Assembly (NCBI RefSeq): GCF_018350175.1
Contig: NC_058382.1
Span: 50,284,001 to 50,348,000, forward strand
Direction: 5' to 3'
Source of the DNA: Felis catus
Taxonomy: Eukaryota
DNA length: 64,000 nucleotides
In this document: piece after piece, positions 1 to 12,379 of the stretch
How the letters are laid out: every line of letters starts with the position of its first letter
Position numbering within the stretch: position 1 is the first letter of the stretch
Notes under the pieces: generated by a model
Database searches by the model: none
What the model was told of the DNA's origin: nothing
What the model saw: the letters and a program-made list of their open reading frames with translations, nothing else
Program-made: the position numbers and the translations under genes

Positions 1-2459
1 GTCTTGTTTTTTTTGCTTTTTGTTTTTTTTATCCATTCTGACACCCTGTCTTTTGATCAGATAGTCAAATTACATTTGAAGTAATGATTGATAGATAAAT
101 ATTTTTTTAAGTTTATTTAAGAGAGAGAGAGAGAGAGAGAGAGAAAGTGAGTGAGTAGGGGAGGGACAGAGAGAGAGGGAGAAAGAGAATCCCACGCTCC
201 TTTCCATGGTAACAGTGTGGAACTCAGTGCAGGGCTTGCTATCCCAAACTGTGAAGTCATGATCCGAGCCAAAATCAAGAGTTGGATGCTTAACTACCTG
301 AGCCTCCCAGATTCCCCAGTAGGTATGTATTTATTGCCATTTTGTTACTTGTTTTGTGGTTGTTTCTGGAGAAATAAAATCTTGATTTTTTTTACAGAAA
401 TACTCATTTTTATTGCTTTTGTTTTTCCTACCTTTATACTGTCCCTTTCAGTTTTCCTTTCTACTCAAAGAATCCCCTTAAATATCTTGCAGGGCTGATG
501 TAGTGGTCACAGACTCCTTTAGTTTTTGTTTGTCTCAGATACTCTACCTCTCATTCTATTCTGTATGATAGCCTTGCTGGATAGACTATTCTTGGCTGCA
601 GATTTTTCCCATTCAGCCATTTGGCTTGCAAAGTTTCTGTTGACAAGTCAGCTGACAGTCTTACAGGTTTTCCCTTGTAAGTTAATGGCTGCTTTTCTCT
701 TGTTGCTTTTATGAGTTTTTCTTTATATTTTGCCAATTTAATTACAGTATATCTTGGTATGGGCCTGCTGTTTGTTGTTGATTTTGGTTGGAGTTCTCTG
801 TGCCTCCTGGATCTGGATGTCTATTTCCTTCCCCAGATTAGAGTAGTTTTCATCTATCATTTCTTCAAGTTAATTTTCTACCCCCTTTTGTCTCTCTTCT
901 TCTTCTGGGACTCCTGAAATATGTATGTTACTATGCTTGATGGAGTCACTAAGTTACCCAAGTCTTTTCTCATTTTGCATGTTTCTTTCTTTTGTTCAGC
1001 TTTATTGCTTTTCTGCTATGTTGTCTTCTGGATCATTAATTCATTCCTCTGCTTCTTCCAGCCTGCTGTTCTTTACATCATTTGTGTTTCTAATCTTGTT
1101 TGTTGCACTCTTCATCTCTGATTGAATCTTTTTTAACTCTGTTATCTCTGTGCTAAGGGTCTCACTGATATCTTCCATTCTTGTCTCATGCCCAGTGAGT
1201 ATCCTTAGGATGGTTGCTTTAAATTCTCCATCAGGCAGATGGAGATTATTTTACAGAAATAGTACTTTTATCTGTTTTGCTTAGATCTCTGGCTATGGCC
1301 TTATCACGTTCATTCATTTGGGATACATTCCTCTGTCTTCTCATTTTATTTAAGTCTCCAACTGCTTTTCTGTATTAGAAAAGCCAATTGTGTCTCTTGT
1401 TCTTGAAAGTAATGGCCTTATGAAGAACAGATCATGCAGTGCCCAGGCCCTGGTGCTTCAGGTAGTGTCTCCAGTGTGGTACCTGTACCCTCGTCTTGTG
1501 TTTTGGCTACTCTATCCTTCAGGCCAGTCATCTGAAGAAGCTCTCCTTGCCTGCTTTGGGTAGTGTTTGGTTCCTGTCCGGAATGTGGCGAATTTTAACC
1601 ACGTGTGCTCTGGTCTGCTTGTGCAGTGACACCCGTTACCTCCATTGGAACTGAGGCCCTGCAAAACTCTCTGGTCAGGAGAGGTGGTATGGGCAGGGGT
1701 TTGTGCTGGCCTCCTTGGGGAGGGGTCAGCTGTGCATGAGTGAAAAGGGCAATTTACCAGAGTGCAGGGGGGTGGGATATAGTATAAACAAGTTAGGCAG
1801 CCAGCCTTGGTGCTGCACTGCTTCCCATTGGTGGCTGTCTGTTGATGCTGAGGGGTGGTGGAAGGAAATGGCACAGGCCAGCTCCTTTGTTACTGGAGAG
1901 GTGTCTCTGTGGATACTGCCTCTCAGGGACATGCTCTTAGAACAGACATGCTCTTAGAACAGCATACAATCTCCCCACTGTGTGCCCTAGGTCCTCTTCA
2001 GATCACTGTATCCATGCTGTATGCCCCTGAGTTGTTTTCCTGACTTCTCTCCAGGAGCAGCACAAGGCCCTCTGAGCTCCATTCCAGCAAAGCCCGCTGA
2101 CCTTTAAAATTCCAAGCTTTAAGGCCTGCTGGTTGTAAGAACTCATAAAATTCAGCCCTTCTCATTTTCCAACCCGGTGGCTATGGGGAAACTTTTTCCT
2201 CGTGTGTTTCTCTGTCACTCTTCTCTGTGACCATGGCTTCCTCTTCTCTGCAGCATCCAGGATCCATTTTTCCCCTAAACCGTGTGTCTGTACTTCCTAC
2301 CTTATTTGATGTGGCCTCTTCCCTCCTTTTAATTGTGGAGCTTGTTCTGTCAGTCTTCAGGTCAATTTCTGGGGTAATTAGGGTGATTTGATAGGTATCT
2401 AGTTGTATTTGTGGGATGAGGAGATCCTAAGGGTCCTCGTACTCTACTGCCGTCTTCCT
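1..2459 (-). mobile_element. Carnivore-type LINE-1 5' portion (5' UTR, decayed ORF1, start of ORF2), interrupted by a SINE
   Basis: ORF 551..736(-) KEKLIKATREKQPLTYKGKPVRLSADLSTETLQ...NLQPRIVYPARLSYRIE is L1 ORF1p. The minus strand begins GGAAGACGGCAGTAGAGTACGAGGACCC near 2459, resembling a carnivore L1 5' end. Perfect 17-bp tandem duplication at 1928-1961. Confidence 0.85.
101..317 (-). mobile_element. Can-SINE
   Basis: T-rich tail, (GA)n, and tRNA-derived body ending ...tgagcctcccagattcccc. Confidence 0.9.
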
Positions 2460-3429
2460 GTGTGAAGAACTTTTCAACTGAACACATTACAGGTTTATGG
2501 TAAGTTATAGCCAAGAAACATACCATTGTTGGCCTCACAGGCCCAGCAAAATGCTTACTTATGTTTGGAGTGGGAGGTCATCCCACTCCAAATGATAAGT
2601 TTAGGAAGAGTGAATAAGTACTTTAGGACGTATATGGTATCCTAGAAGTTAATTTTAACCATCTCATCTGTACTTAGCCACCTATTTTTCCTGAGTAACA
2701 CATGCAGTCATCTCTAGGATTTGGGTATTTGTCTGAGTTTCTCTGATTGGCCTAAAGCAATGGAGAGGAGGGGAAAGTGACCCATGGGCAAAATAAAGGG
2801 AAGGAGTGAAGTGGCATGACAGAGTGATATCGGAGAGGAGGATGCACAAAAAGATGGAGATGGAGAGGAGCCAACCTGAAATACCAGAGTGCTTGCTGGA
2901 TCTCTGGCAGGCACCTGTTCTGTCAGTTATTCCCTCCTGCTCTGGTGAGGAGGGATAGAATTCATCACTAGCTTCTTTTCTTCTACTTCCACACCTCTCT
3001 CTGGGGTTGGGAAAGGTGAGCAATTTGTTGTAAATGCATGATGAATTTCATTAAGTATTCACAACTGCTGTTAAAATCACTGGAGATCTGCAAAATAGAA
3101 ACCCAACATGCCCAGAACAGGTTTGACACACAGAGCAAAGATGTGAAATTTGCCAGAAATTAAAAGCTGTGCTGGTAAATTCAGGTCCTTTATGATTCAC
3201 TTTTTTTTTCCTGAGCAGAACATGATTTTATTGAAATAATGACAGTTACATGTTTTATTAATGTGCTTTTTAGACAGGCTTCATAATATGATCTCATCAT
3301 AAAATCCTGGAAGGTAATGGATTTATCATTCAATGAGTTAATGCAGTAGAGAGTGCTTTGTAGTCTGGAAAGTGCTAAATAAATACTAGTTATTGCAATC
3401 ATAATCCACATGGCATTTTGTCTTACAGA

Positions 3430-4752
3430 TTTTTTATTTTAAAACAATTTTGGGGTTACAGAAAAATTATAAAAAAGTACAAAAAGCTTCCAAATACCCC
3501 ATATCTAGCTTCCCCTCTTATTAACATTTTAAAGCGATATGGTACAATTATTATAATCAATGAACCAATATAATACACAATTTAAAGTCTATATTTTAGT
3601 CAGATTTCCTTAGTTTTTTACCTAATGTCTTTTTTTTTATTGTTGTTGTTATGTGGTACCATCCAGGATACAACTTTACATTTAATTCTTATGTTTCCTT
3701 AGGATGTTCCTGGCTGTGGCAGTTACTCAGACTTTCCTTGCTTTTGATGACCTTGACAGTTTTAAGGAGTCCTAGTCAGGTGTTTTGTAGAAAGTCCCTC
3801 ATTGGAGATTGGTCTGGTGTTTTCCTTATGATTAGACTGGGTTTATGAATTTTTGAGAGCATGAGCACAGAGATAAAGTGTAATTTTCATCACCACATAT
3901 CAAGGGTACATCATATCAACATGACTTACCAGTCTTAACGCTTCCCTTGAGCATCTGGCTGAAGCTGTGTCACTTTCTCCACTGTAAAGTTACTCTTTTC
4001 CTCTTTTTTTTTAATACTGTACTCTTTGGAAGAAAGTCACTATGTGCAGCCCACAATCAAGGAGTAGAGAGTTGTACTTTACCTCCTTTAGGGTGGAGTG
4101 TCTACATAAATTACTTAAAATTCTTCTGCTTAGGAGATTTGTCTTTTTTCCCATTTATTTATTCAATCATATGCTTATATCTGTATGGAATTATAAATAT
4201 TTTTTACTTTGCATTGTAATCCAGTACAACTTTATTTTATTGTTCAAATTATTTTAGCTTTGGTCATTGGGGGCCATTTATGTTGGCTCTTAGGTCCCTT
4301 TGATATATCCCCATCATTGTGAGTGTGTTTTCGTTTTATTGTTTTGTTTAGCATTTACTTACTTTCTGGCACCTGAAGATGCTCCAGGCTCATCTTGCAG
4401 ATATCCTGCCCCAGTACTAGGATCAGCCCTGGTTCCTTTTATTGAAGAATGGCATTAGAAACCAGTATCTGAGTGATAAATGCACTCATTGCTACTGAAG
4501 CATCATTCATTCTTCGGGGCCGCCTTAGCTGACAAAGCAAAGTATGTGTACATACTAACGTTTGTATATACACATATCTATAAATATTTTACAGGTAACC
4601 ATCGGCATGCACACTAAGATAAACATGAGTTCGTATTGATGTCTTCAACAGCAGTCTATCACCACATGGACCACCTGCTCCTGCTTATCTTAAACAGCCC
4701 ATTCTAGCAATGAGAAACCTGACTCCCAGCTTTGCCATTCATTTACTTACCT
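3430..4752 (-). mobile_element. Ancient L1 3' end (L1MC/L1MD-like)
   Basis: Motifs such as cagactttccttgcttttgatgaccttgacagtttt and catatcaagggtacat...ctccactgtaaagttact recalled from L1MC-type 3' UTRs. Confidence 0.75.
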
Positions 4753-4774
4753 GCTTTACAGATTTCAGCATTTA

Positions 4775-5250
4775 CCATTAGTATGCTTCTTGTGTAGATA
4801 GAAGGTAGAATTAGACATGTACAAGATTTGTTAGGAGATAAACCTGGGTGGGGAATAGGATCAGTAGGGGAAGGTTTTAGATCATGAGACACATCTCGGA
4901 CTTGTGAAAAGAGAAAGAGAAGGAAAGGAGGGAAGGAAGGCAGTAAGGAGAGAAAGGCAAATGGGGTTGGAGAGGCCTCACACTGTGGTGCACCTCTGAG
5001 AAAGTCTTGACCAGGACACTAAGGGGTCCCAGAGCAGTTATTTCCCACCAGAGGAGATTCATGTAGGGCAGAAATGGCTGGCTCTAGTGTTCCCACTGTG
5101 CCCAGTCATTGACTAGGAGCAACTCAGAGATAGTGTGGCTTTGGGCTAAACATTGCAACAGAACTTAGAGTATAGCAGCTGGGGACTACCAACAAATGAC
5201 ACAATTTATTGCAGGATATCCGAGCCACACATTCCCATGGCCATTACAGG
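4775..5250 (-). mobile_element. ERV-L solo LTR (LTR33-like)
   Basis: ctctgagaaagtcttgaccagg...gggcagaaatggctggctctagtg...cagtcattgactaggagc resembles LTR33. Confidence 0.6.
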
Positions 5251-5275
5251 TCTGTATTATTGTCTAGCTCTGTTT

Positions 5276-5620
5276 TGTGCTGGATTTTGTCTACCTAGAA
5301 TTCTGATGTTGATGTCCTAACCCTCAGTAACTCGAAAGAAGTAATTAAGGTAAAATGAGGTCTTAAGAATGGGCCCAATTCTAATATGACTCATGTCCTT
5401 ATTAGAAGAGGAAATTAGGACACAGACACATGCAGAGGGAAGACCATGTCTTCAAGTGGAAAGATGTGACCATCAAGTTGGCCAGAGAGACCTCAGAAGA
5501 AACCAGCTCTGCCAGCATCTTGAACTTAGACATATAGCCTCAGAATTGTGGGAAAATTTCTATTGTTTTAGCCATACAGTCTGTCGTACTTTGTTATGGC
5601 AGCTTTAGCAAACTAATACA
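5276..5620 (+). mobile_element. MaLR solo LTR (MLT1A/B-like)
   Basis: gtaattaaggtaaaatgaggtc...ggacacagacacatgcagagggaagaccatgt...ttgttatggcagctttagcaaactaataca. Confidence 0.85.
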
Positions 5621-6544
5621 AGGTCTTAACATTTAAAAGTCTTTAATTAAAAATTAAAGGAAATTTTTAAATTTAAATTTTACAGGGAAAAATACTATGA
5701 TATCTAGAATTTATTTTGGCATACTCCGGCGGAGGGGAAAAAAAAAGGAGGATAGATGATAAAGAATGCCAAGATGATTACTATGGAAATTTTTTGAGTC
5801 CATGAAAATTCATTATGTGTTCTCTTTACCTTAGTATATGATTGAAAATTGACATAATAAATAGCTTCAAAATGTAACTAACTCATTATTATTAATTATT
5901 GATGGGACTACTAGGCACAGCCTGCCAGGATCTGTATGGATTTTAAAATGTTAAATTTAGAATACCACAAGAATAGTAATGGCTACCCACTGAAAATCAG
6001 GAGTTCTACAATACACATTATGTAAACTGTTCTAATGATTACAATATAGGCCAGTAAAGTAACTGTTATTGGCATTAATTTATACAGTTAGTGAATAACT
6101 TAGTTTGGACTTGAAGAATAGCCTGCCTGTTTCAAAAGCCAGTGTTGTTTCCACTATACCTTTCTATTTTGTCACTGTCTCCCATAAAATAACTGCTTTT
6201 ACTGAGTATATGTCAGGTATTTTGTATAGCAGGAGGGAATGTCAGAGTTGAAAAAAATACTTTTTATGCATCTATGGATACAGTCATATGGTTGTTCTAA
6301 TTTATTCTGTTAATGTGGTAAAATTGATTTTTAATAACTTTATTTGGATATAATTGACATATAATTAACTGCACATATTTAAATTCACAGTTTCTTAGAT
6401 TTTAATATATGTATGCACCTGTGTAACGATCACCACAATCAGGATGATTACTATTTCTATCAGCCCCTAAAAGTTTCCTCTTCGTTTTTTATAATCCCTT
6501 ATTCCTGCCACCTTCAAAACCTCACAACCAGTGATCTGTTTCTA

Positions 6545-6756
6545 TTTATTTGTTTATTTATTAAAACATTTTTTTTAATATTCACTTACTTTTTGAGATG
6601 GGGGGGCGGAGAGGGGCAGAGAGAGAGTTGTACAGAGGATCCTAAGTGGGATATCTATGCTTACAGCAGCAAGCCCAATGTGGGCTCAAACTCACTATGA
6701 GATCGCGACCTGTGCCGAAGTCAGATGCTCAACCAACTGAGCCACCCAGGTGCCCC
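6545..6756 (-). mobile_element. Can-SINE nested in the tail of the adjacent SINE
   Basis: SINE body ending gagccacccaggtgcccc; lies inside the TSD caaccagtgatc (6525-6536 / 6889-6900) together with the next copy. Confidence 0.85.
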
Positions 6757-6889
6757 TTTATTTTTTTTACAATACGCTTCCGGCCCAGCATGGAGCCCAG
6801 TGCAGGGCTTGGACTCATGACCCTGAGATCAAGACCTCAGCTGAGATCAAGAGTCGGTTACGCAATAGACTGAGCAACCCACGTACCCC
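6757..6889 (-). mobile_element. Can-SINE (older type)
   Basis: catgaccctgagatcaagacctcagctgagatcaagagtcgg...; bounded by TSD caaccagtgatc. Confidence 0.8.
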
Positions 6890-6940
6890 AACCAGTGATC
6901 CATTTTATGTCACAGTAGGTTAGCATACACTTTTTTAGAG

Positions 6941-7055
6941 CAGTGATCAGCAGACAATGTCCTATGGGCCAAATCTGGTTCAATTACCTGTTTCTGTAAG
7001 CAGCATTTTAGTGGAACACAGGCACATTTGTTTACCTATTGTGTACTTCTGGCAA
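6941..7055. mobile_element. hAT-Charlie DNA transposon fragment (MER58-like)
   Basis: gggccaaatctgg...cctgtttctgtaa...ttttagtggaacacag. Confidence 0.6.
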
Positions 7056-7059
7056 TGTA

Positions 7060-7712
7060 GAAGTCTGTCTACTTTGGTTTTAAATTTTCTGCTGGGTCCT
7101 GTGTAGTTTCTCTGAGAAGACAGAAATTCTCATGATCCAAAGAGGGATGTCTGGATCATTAGGACCCCTTCTTCATACGTCCTTAGTGTCTGCAGTTTTG
7201 CGTGCGCACATGGGCATCCTGGTTGCTTGAGATCTGTGGGAGCGTATCCCGGGCTCATTCTGTGATCCCTGGTTAAGTTCTGGCTAACTTAGACAGGTGC
7301 TGCGTGTCTCACCCAGAATTGCAACCTCATGCTAGCTGTGTTTTAAGTATCCCTGGTTTTTGCTACCAGGATTGCTGCTGTTGTGGACAATGGCCAGGAG
7401 TTTGGTAGTTTTCTAGTCTCTGTTCCAAATTAAGTCAGTGCCCTCTGGCAGGGAAGCTGATGCTTCCTGCTTAGCCAGGCTGGTGTAGGAGGAATGAGGC
7501 AGATGAAAGCAGCCCCAAGGCAAAGCTCCAAGTCCCACTGTTCATTTGCCTCAGATTGGGTAGTTTTCTTAAATTAACTCTTCTGGATTTGTTTTATATG
7601 CCTCTGCTTGGTCTCCAGCGTGCCAAAATGATTGTTTTGGTTGCTTTTGTCCAGTTGCGACATTACTTCCTGCGGAGGGATTTTGCTGGGCTCTTCATAC
7701 TATGGTTCCAGA
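7060..7712 (-). mobile_element. Probable ancient L1 5' UTR fragment
   Basis: ttttgtccagttgc...ggagggattttgctgggctcttcatac resembles an old L1M 5' end on the minus strand. Confidence 0.4.
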
Positions 7713-7894
7713 ATCCCTGCCTCCTTGAGGCCCTCTTTTAAGAGGTTTCTTATAGGCCCTATAACTCCCTCATTCTCCTCACTAATTCGCATCTTCCAAG
7801 AGCTGTCAGCTGTAACTGTAATTTTTCTTTGGCACACTTAAAAAAACTTACTGTTATGTAACCTGGATGACGTCTTCTGTACTGTGTTTACAGA

Positions 7895-8340
7895 TTATTT
7901 TATTCACTTAACATGTATTTACTTTGTATTTATCATCAGTGTGAAGGGCTCTGAGTTGGGAGAGGTGCTGCAACTTGAGTGGGCCCTTGCTCTCCTGAAA
8001 TTCACATTTGTGTTTATAGATTAAAAAGTACATATATAATAAGTAGATAAAATTGTATGTGAACATTACTAGTGCTTTTAGGTAAACAAAACTATGTACT
8101 AAAACGATGATAACTGGTGGTAGATAGGAACTGCTTCAAATAGAATGACATGCTTTTCAAAGGTGATAGTTATGTTGCAATGTGAATGATGAAGAGTTCT
8201 ATGTGATAGTCTGGGGGATGTGTGTTTCACGCAGATAACCCCAAGGACAAATATTTTTAAAATGCTGGGTAATAGTGTGTAAACTGATAGACCTGGAGCT
8301 TAGGTGATAAAGAGTCATAAGCAGGAGTAAAGGTAAAAAC
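7895..8340 (-). mobile_element. L2 fragment
   Basis: ttattcacttaacatgtattt...ccttgctctcctgaaattcacatt pattern of L2 3' ends. Confidence 0.5.
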
Positions 8341-8351
8341 AAATAAGGTCA

Positions 8352-8583
8352 GGGGCACCTTGGTGGCTCACTTGGTTAAGCATCCCACTTTGGCTCAGGT
8401 CATGATCTCACGCTTGTGAGTTTGATCCTCACATCGAGCTCTCTGTTGTCAGTACAGAGCCTGCTCTGTCTGGATCCTCTGTCTGTCCCTCTACCCTTTC
8501 CCCACTCATTCGTTTGTGTTCTCTCTCTCTCCCCCCCCCCCCCCCATTTCTCTCTCTCAAAATAAATAAACTTAAAAAAAAAC
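8352..8583 (+). mobile_element. Can-SINE with TSD
   Basis: ggggcaccttggtggctca...aaaataaataaacttaaaaaa; TSD aa(t/c)aaggtcagg on both sides. Confidence 0.95.
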
Positions 8584-10069
8584 AAGGTCAGGAATTGCTA
8601 CAAGTATTGGAAAACTATGTATTTATATGAATTGGAGTATGTAAGTAACATTTGACGTAGATCTCGGCAGTGTGCTTAAATGACATTGCTCTCTTTGGAG
8701 TTTCAAGAATACAATTTTATTTTCAGTCAATGGAGAAAGTCCCCAACTTTCAAATGGATGCTCTCTCTTTGCAACCTACCAATTGAAGGCTTTTGTTATC
8801 TCAGTTTCAAACTAGATATGTGAAGCATATGGGACTTGGAGAAAACTCAGACATAATTTTAACATTTCAGTGTGGGTTGGCTGATATTTCAGTTTCTTAT
8901 ACTATCTGCATGTTTCATGAACAAAGAAATGGATTGACACAAACCCCAGGTTTTGGTTTTCTCTCACCTACTGACGGAGGCTACAAAGCCTTAATATGAT
9001 AGAAGTTTTCTTATTACAAGTGTATTAGGGCCCTTGACCCTGAATCCTGGTTAAAAGTTAGAGTCCAGTGTCCTTACTTTTCAAACTGAGGTTTTATCAC
9101 AGCTAAACATCAACCAGGGGATTTACATGTTGTATGGTTATGGCAGTGAATTATAGAGTCCCATCCTGACCTTACTTTTTAAGAAGCATTTTCAAAAAAG
9201 GCAAGCAGGAAGAGCATTTTACTTTCAGATACGAAAACAAAAATATCTAAGCAAGTATGCAGATAATGAGTTACTGTTTGGGGCTGGGCATTAACAGAAG
9301 CAGATGTGAACAATGGCATCCACTAGGGGAACATCTCAGCACCTTGTGTGGTGTCCCGCCTAGCTGGAGAAGAGAAGGAGAAACTGAGCTCCTCCAAACA
9401 AAGAAATTTCTTGATAGATGTGACTTCTGAAGAGCAATGATAATTTTGACGTTATATGCCACTTCATGGTTAGGTATGACAGTTTTTAGATATTTGTGAA
9501 GAAATAGAAGCAGATGAACTCATTTCTCCTAGAATATGGATACATATTCTGCAAAAGGTGAATGTATCCTGCATTAATACCCCTTTCAGCAGAGAACTGA
9601 AGTAAAACAAGTATTTATCTTCCATGAAAATGGTGAAACTGGAAAGGTGAAGTATAAAAAGAATCTTCAGAAAAATACTTACATCTGCATTTCTCCCCAT
9701 TTTTACCTCTGTTTGTGTTGTACACTGTTAGTGGCACCTTTTTGATCTCATTAAAAAGCGAAGTGCCCACTTCACTCGAGTATTAACATACATAGATATG
9801 CATGTCCTTAACCACCTGTGGATGAATATGCTCTGTGAACTAAACAAGTAAATCACATTCAGATAAATAGGGCATGAAATATTTCAGAGCATTTTACAGT
9901 GTCACTAACAACCAAAGAAGTATTATGTTTCTTACTTAAAGAAAGGTTTTAAAAGCAACCACAACAGCATTACCAAATCTAAGTTAATTAACAGTAATTC
10001 TGTATTGTCATGTAATATATGGTAAGTATTCCAAAATCCCCAAATGTATCATTTTTCTTCTTAAAAAAA

Positions 10070-10280
10070 TTTTTTTTCAACGTTTATTTATTTTTGGGAC
10101 AGAGAGAGACAGAGCATGAACGGGGGAGGGGCAGACAGAGAGGGAGACACAGAATCGGAAACAGGCTCCAGGCTCTGAGCCATCAGCCCAGAGCCCGACG
10201 TGGGGCCCGAACTCACGGACCGCAAGATCATGACCTGGCTGAAGTCAGACGCTTAACCAACTGCGCCACCCAGGCGCCCC
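10070..10280 (-). mobile_element. Young felid Can-SINE (SINEC_Fc type)
   Basis: CpG-rich, close to consensus; TSD tcttcttaaaaaa at 10056 and 10281. Confidence 0.95.
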
Positions 10281-10295
10281 TCTTCTTAAAAAATT

Positions 10296-10502
10296 TTTAA
10301 AAAATGTTTATTTATTTTTGAGAGACAGAGACAGAATGTGAGTGGGGAGGGACAGAGAGAGAGGGAGACACAGAATCCAAAGCAGGCTTCAGGCTCTGAG
10401 TTGTCAGCACAGAACCCGACACGGGGCTCGAACTCAAGAAGCGTGAGATCATGACCTGAGCCGAAGTCTGATGCTCAACCGACTGAGCCACACAGGCGCC
10501 CC
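10296..10502 (-). mobile_element. Can-SINE
   Basis: Full body ending gagccacacaggcgcccc. Confidence 0.95.
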
Positions 10503-11380
10503 TCTTATTGTGGTTTTAATTTGCAATTCCCTGATGGCATATTATGTTGACCATTTTTTATATGCTTATGTCTTGTCTATATGTCTTCTTTGGTGAGGTG
10601 TCTGTTAAGTTTTCTGCCCATATTTGAACTGTGAGTTACTAATTTTTTTTAGTGTTGTGTTTTAAGAGTTCTATGTATATTTTGAATAACAGTCCTTCCT
10701 TAGATGTATTTTGCAAATATTTTCTCACTGTCTATGGTTTGACTTCTTATTCTCTTGACATTTTTGGTTTCACTGAAGTCCAGCTTACCAATTATTTTTT
10801 CTATGGATCATGCCTTTGGTATTATATCTAAAAGTCATCACCATACTCTAAGTCATCTAGATTTTATTTTATGCAGTCTTCTAAGAATTTTCTAGTTTTC
10901 CATTTTATATTTATGTTTGATTCATTTTGAGTTCATTTTTTTTGAAGTATGTAAAGTCTGTATCTAGATTTTAGAGGGTTTTTTTTGTTTTTTTGTTTTT
11001 TGTTTTGGTTATTGTTATTACTGTTATTGTTTTCTATGTGGATACAGAGTTGTTCCAGAACCATTTGTTGCAAAGACTTGTCTTTTCTCTATTTCACTGC
11101 CTTTGCTCCTTCATTAAACATCATCTGACTTTATTTGCGTGGGTCTGTTTCTGGGTTCTCTGTTCTGTTCCACTGATCTGTTGGTTTACTCTTTCTCTAG
11201 TACCTCACTACTTTGATTTCTATAGCTTAGTAATAAGTCTGGAAGTATGGTAATGTCATTCCTCCAACTTTGTTCTCTCTTTCAGTATTGTGTTTGCTAT
11301 TCTGGGTCCTTTGCTTTTCTATATAAACTTTAGAATCAGTTTGTCGTTATCCATGAAATACCTTGTGGATTTTGATTGCA
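10503..11380 (-). mobile_element. Old L1 ORF2 3' region fragment
   Basis: attgtggttttaatttgc...gttccagaaccatttgttg...cctccaactttgttct antisense L1 motifs. Confidence 0.8.
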
Positions 11381-11394
11381 TCAGTTATATCAAT

Positions 11395-11930
11395 TTTTAA
11401 CTGTATGTATCAAGATCCAAATAAGATTCAAGTATTGAAAATTATTTACATATGTTTAAGAGTCTTTTAATCTACCAATTCTGTTTCCCATCTCTCTTTC
11501 TATGCATCTTAATGATAGAAGCAACTTATTAATTATTCTGTAGAGTTTTCCACAGTTCTGATTTTGAATAGTGTATCTTTCTGGTAATATTTAGCATGTT
11601 CCTCTGTTGTCTTTGTTTCTTATAAACTGGAAGTTGATCTACAGGTGTGATCAAATTCATTCTAGAATTTTTGGCAAAATTGCTTCATAGATGGCCTTCT
11701 ATACTTCCGTTAGTATGTACTTCATCTCATCTCATCTCTCTCTCTCTCTCTCTCTCTCTCTGATGTTAGCAGCCACTTGTAAAATAGTGATATTCTATTT
11801 CCTTTTCAAATATTAGTTGGAATACTTTTTTTAAAAAAATCTCCTTTGTCAACTATTTGGTTACTCAAGAGTATGGCTTATTTATCATAATCAAGAGTTG
11901 GTTCCTTAGCATTCTTCAAAGTTTATTGAG
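11395..11930 (-). mobile_element. L1MC4-like 3' end fragment (continues the piece at ~9900-10055)
   Basis: caagatccaaataag...tgatgttagcagccact...aactatttggttact. Confidence 0.55.
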
Positions 11931-12033
11931 ACAATTCATCACTAATTATGAAAATGTCTTTAACTTCATTAAAGGATGTTATGAATAACTTTATGGTAAT
12001 AAATTTTAGAATTCAAGTGAAATTTTATTTCAT

Positions 12034-12157
12034 TTCATTCATTCATTCATTCAAAGATTTTATTTTTAAGCAATCTCTACACCCAGCATGGGGCTCAAAC
12101 TTACAACCCCAAGATCAAGCGTCTCATGCTCTACCAACTGAGCTAGTCAGGTGCTCC
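12034..12157 (-). mobile_element. Older Can-SINE
   Basis: aagattttatttttaagcaatctctacaccc...caagatcaag...ctgagctagtcaggtgctcc. Confidence 0.85.
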
Positions 12158-12174
12158 TCAACTGAAATAAGATT

Positions 12175-12379
12175 TAAATTTTTTTCATTTATTTTTCAGA
12201 CAGAGAGAGAGACAGATTGTGAGTTGGGGAGAGGTAGAGAGAGGAGGCAGAATCTGAAGCAGACTCCAGGCTCTGAGCTGTCAGCACAGAGCCCAGTGGA
12301 GGGCTCGAACTCATGAACTGTGAGATCATGACCTAAGCCAAAGTAGAATGTGTAACCAAGTGAGCTACCCAAGTGCCCC
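12175..12379 (-). mobile_element. Can-SINE
   Basis: Full body; degraded TSD ctgaaat(a/g)ag. Confidence 0.9.

Noticed and set aside
2682..3023. 113-aa minus-strand ORF over a purine-rich segment
   Set aside because: No recognisable homology or splice context; composition-driven
8352..8430. tRNA-like A/B-box sequences
   Set aside because: These are tRNA-derived SINE heads, not tRNA genes
9683..9815. Minus-strand cag|...|gtaagt exon-like interval
   Set aside because: Stops in all three frames and no partner exons identified
10019..10300. Recurrent similar ORFs (e.g. GRHRIGNRLQALSHQPRARRG; AQSVKRLTSAQVMIS) suggesting a gene family
   Set aside because: All are translations of Can-SINE copies
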